The notes below the pieces were generated by a model, which saw nothing but the letters and a program-made list of their open reading frames with translations, did no database searches and was not told the origin of the DNA. Shown here piece after piece: positions 22,391-25,674 of a stretch of DNA of 25,674 bases. Made by a program: the position numbers and the translations under genes. The stretch lies in NCBI RefSeq assembly GCF_006345805.1, contig NW_021836011.1:1-25674 (forward strand). Direction: 5' to 3'. Numbering within the stretch: position 1 is the stretch's first letter; each line of letters opens with the position of its first letter. This DNA is from Octopus sinensis. Taxonomy: Eukaryota.

Positions 22391-22911
22391 TATAATATAT
22401 ATTATATATACACATAACTGCATGCATACGCGCGCAAATTCACACACACACACACACAATAACACCTTTGTTAAAACTTATCCGTTTCGGTTTGTCTTTT
22501 TTTTGTTTTTTTCCTCGTTATAATATAGGTGTATATATATGTGTGTGTGTGTGTGTGTACACATAAAAAACATCAACAAAGGCAACACTTGGCACACAAC
22601 ACGGTGTCTATCGTAATATAATTGTATCAGTTTTTCGATAAAATAACTGAGCGAATAATTGACAAAAAAATTGTTTGCATAACATGAACTGAATAATGAG
22701 TTCGAACTTCTCCACCTCACACTCTTGCCATATCCCCTCCACACACACACACACACACACACACAGACGTTTGTGTATGTATATATATATATGTGTGTGT
22801 GAATCGAAAGCAAGCTACAGATGTTAGTTTTCCCAAAGAGAAGATTGAGAAGAAAGACTAGTGCGTATGCTGAGGAAAACCACAAGACAGACAACGAAAT
22901 AGGGGCTGAAA

Positions 22912-23003
22912 ACCACATGGTACCGGGTTCAATCCCACTGCGTGGCACCTTGGGCAAGTGTCTTCTGCTATAGCCCCGATCCGACTAATGCCTTGTGAGT
23001 GGA

Positions 23004-23037
<34 letters not shown>

Positions 23038-23201
23038 GTGTGTGTCTGTGCTTGTCCCCGTAGCATTGCTTGACAACCGATGCTGGTGTTTACTTTGTAA
23101 GTACTGGGCTTACAAAGAATAAGTCCCGGGGTCGATTTGCTCGACTAAAGGCGGTGCTCCAGCATGGCCACAGTCAAATGACTGAAACAGTAAAAGAGAG
23201 T
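22912..23201 (+). mobile_element. SINE S1, truncated with internal deletions
   Basis: AACCACATGG...TTGGGCAAGTG centre, (TG)n and tail motifs. Confidence 0.88.
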
Positions 23202-23216
23202 ATATGTATATATAAT

Positions 23217-23247
<31 letters not shown>

Positions 23248-23264
23248 GGGAAGCTTTATAAAAT

Positions 23265-23445
23265 AGACAAAAACGAAGGCAGGTAAATCAAACGAACAAT
23301 TGTATAGTATGGCGCTCAGGAAATATAAATAAACAAGTCTTTAACGTTTCGAGCCTACGCTCTTCAACAGAAAAGATACACAGAGAGAAAAAAAACACAG
23401 AAAGAAGGAGAGAAAAAAAATGCGTGCAGTAACTAACGAATCAAC

Positions 23446-23447
<2 letters not shown>
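23265..23447 (-). mobile_element. Short non-autonomous, probably Penelope-associated repeat with a decayed hammerhead-like motif
   Basis: Minus strand CTGTTGA-A-GAGC(GTAG)GCTC-GAAACGT...CCTGAGCGCC, the same layout as 13145-13290, between (TA)n tracts. Confidence 0.55.
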
Positions 23448-23483
<36 letters not shown>

Positions 23484-23625
23484 ATGTATGTATTTATGTA
23501 TGTATTTACTGGTGCGGGGATACGCTAACTTAAAGATAGGGAACTCAGCAGTGACATTTAAATTTTTTAGTTAGTGGTAATAAGCGAATACATTTCTGTT
23601 TTATATAAATATACATCCATACACA

Positions 23626-23960
23626 AGTGCAGGCGTGGCTGGGTAGGAAGAAGCTTGCTTCCCAACCACATGGGTGACACCTTCGGCCAGTGTCTTCTAC
23701 TATATTCCCGGCCCTACAAAAAGCCTCGTAAGTGTATTCGGTAGATGGAAACCGAAAGCAGCCTGTCCTGTATATATATATATATATTATGGGGAGGCGT
23801 GCTTGTCATTGTGTCTGTCCCCCGCTACCGCTTAACAACCGGTGTTGGTGTGTCTACGATCCCGTAACTTAACGGTTCGGCAAAGGAGTATTAGAATAAG
23901 TACGAGTAAAAATTCCAGGTGGTGTTCCAGTATGGACTAATGCTTGAAATAAGTAAGAGA
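23626..23960 (+). mobile_element. SINE S1, old and diverged
   Basis: GCAGGCGTGGCTG head, CTTAACAACCGGTGTTGG and CCAGTATGG tail motifs. Confidence 0.8.
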
Positions 23961-23990
23961 TAAGATACAGATTATTATTATCATATCATA

Positions 23991-24210
23991 GACAGCAAAC
24001 TGGCAGAAACGTTAGCACGCCGGGCGAAATGCTTAGCAGTATTTCGTCTGTCTTTACGCTCTGAGTTCAAATTCCGCCCAGGTCGACTTTGCCTTTCATC
24101 CTTTTGGGGTCGATAAATTAAGTACCGCTTGAATACTGGGGATCGATGTAACTGACTATCTCCCGTCCCCAAATTTCTGGCCTTGTACCTAGAGTTGAAA
24201 AGATTACTAT
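23991..24210 (+). mobile_element. SINE S2 monomer, tail B
   Basis: CTGGCAGAAACGTTAGC head, B box, tail GGCCTTGTACCTAGAGTTGAAAAGATT. Confidence 0.9.
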
Positions 24211-24212
24211 TT

Positions 24213-24450
24213 AGGCGGCCAGGTGGAAGAAACCTTAAGTGCGTTGGACGAAGTGCTTAACGGCATTTCGTTTCCTCACGTTCTAAGCTCAAATTCCGCT
24301 GAGGTCGACTCTGCCTTTCCTCCTTTCGGAGTCGATAAAATAAATACCAGTTAAGCACTGGGGTCAATTTAATCGACTTATCCCCTGTCCCAAAATTGCT
24401 GCCCTTGTGGCAGAATTTGAAACCATTATTATTATTATTATTATTATTAT
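24213..24450 (+). mobile_element. SINE S2 monomer, diverged, with (ATT)n tail
   Basis: GGCGGCCAGGTGG head, CAAATTCCGCTGAGGTCGAC body, TTTGAAACC(ATT)n end. Confidence 0.85.
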
Positions 24451-24451
24451 A

Positions 24452-24999
24452 GTGAAAATTGTTCCGCCGACCTCCTTTAACAAGGAGGGCAAGACCGTTT
24501 TCCTGTGCCTAGTGGCTGTGGCGAAAGAGGTTGTATGGTGGACCCATTTGAAAGGGCTAAAGTCAGACACTTTCCTCTTTGGTCAAGGCCTCATCAACTC
24601 TTTCAAGTTTCACTTGAAAAGGAAGATGAGGTTAGAGAGGAGAGTGCTGTCTGATAGCAAGTTTTCTGAAAGGTGGGTGAATTGTGCAAGAATGTCCAGT
24701 ATAAATGGACCAATTCTGAGGTTTCGCCTGTAATTGAAAAAGGTATTATAAAAGGAGAAAGGGGCTCTATCCCCACTTTTGACTAGGCTCCTGTTGGCTT
24801 TTATGGGTTTTTTCCACCAGGAACCTTTCGTAACGCCTCCCCCTATTGGGGGTTTTTCGTTGTTATATTTTCGTTGTTAAACTGCTTTTTTACTCGATGT
24901 TTTCACAAACGGACAAAACCCTTTGTAACCTTTTGTCCTGTTTTGTCCCTTTATGTTTTCCAATCATATTTGTCAGCCCTTGTGGCCAATAAAAAGAAT

Positions 25000-25032
<33 letters not shown>
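24452..25032 (+). pseudogene. 5'-truncated L1/Tx1-like LINE: ORF2 C-terminus (24452-24733), 3' UTR, (TAA)n tail
   Basis: Uninterrupted frame ...FLCLVAVAKEVVWWTHLKG...KRKMRLERRVLSDSKFSERWVNCAR...RL*, resembling the AK..IW..R...E......F...W end of L1/Tx1 ORF2. Terminal GCCCTTGTGGCCAATAAAAAGAA at 24976-24998. Confidence 0.75.
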
Positions 25033-25498
25033 TATTATTATTATTATTCAGTCACACAGTCAACTCAAATTTCGTCTTTGCTCAATCACGACTACAGATG
25101 AAAAAAAAAAAAAAGCAATAAACAAGGAACCTGAGGCGTTAGAGACGTCTGAGTTGGCGGGGGTTGTTAATTATAACTGTAATTTCATAATTGGCGGTGT
25201 GAGTTGGTGTAAAAGGCTTCTCATTCATGTGTGGTGTAGAAAGCGACTGACTGAGTGAGTGAGAGGGAAGTGTTGGACGGACATGCGGGAGTGGTTGGGG
25301 TGAAGAGGTAGCAGAGGTTTCATTCCGTCTGGAATTTGTGTGTATTGTATACCGTAGTGTGACATTTGTGTTTGTATGTTATATATGCGCGTGGGTGGGT
25401 GTGTATATGTGTGTGTGTATCTTTATTGTGTATTCATATTTCCGATGCAGAAAATGAGCGGTGTTTTTTTTTTATGCTGCCCACCCAACTCAGGTCAG

Positions 25499-25553
<55 letters not shown>

Positions 25554-25564
25554 CAGCTTGACTC

Positions 25565-25633
25565 AGGTCCACATGACTGAAGGTTTCGTGGAAACGTTGG
25601 AGACGTCCATGAAACCCTCAGTCATGTGGACTT
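25565..25633. other. About 69-nt hairpin with a 26-28 bp stem
   Basis: 25567-25592 pairs with 25606-25631 (24 Watson-Crick pairs, one G:U, one A-C mismatch); 13-nt loop. Confidence 0.93.
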
Positions 25634-25674
25634 TTATTAAAAAACTTCTCTACCGAATGTGTCAAATGCTACTT

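Overview
Repeat-dense, eukaryotic intronic or intergenic DNA. The repeat families resemble those I know from octopus (coleoid cephalopod) genomes; that assignment is recognition from memory, not a search result. No confident host protein-coding gene is present, and almost all supplied ORFs are microsatellite or SINE read-throughs. The window holds three tRNA-headed SINE families (my labels: S1, 11 copies, each with an internal microsatellite; S2; S3). It also holds a complete non-autonomous Helitron, a MITE, and fossils of four retroelement types: an R4/Dong-like RT+RLE element, L1/Tx1-like 3' ends, a CRE-like RLE fragment and a Penelope-like element. The most notable signals are: (1) an S2 variant whose 3' end matches an L1/Tx1-like LINE 3' end at 24 of 25 nt and which occurs only nested inside other S2 copies; (2) a 397-bp insertion assembled from two nearby segments with a fold-back junction; (3) an S3 SINE present with two different tails; (4) two decayed hammerhead-like motifs; (5) two pre-miRNA-sized hairpins. 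Protein similarities come from by-eye motif recognition, not database searches.
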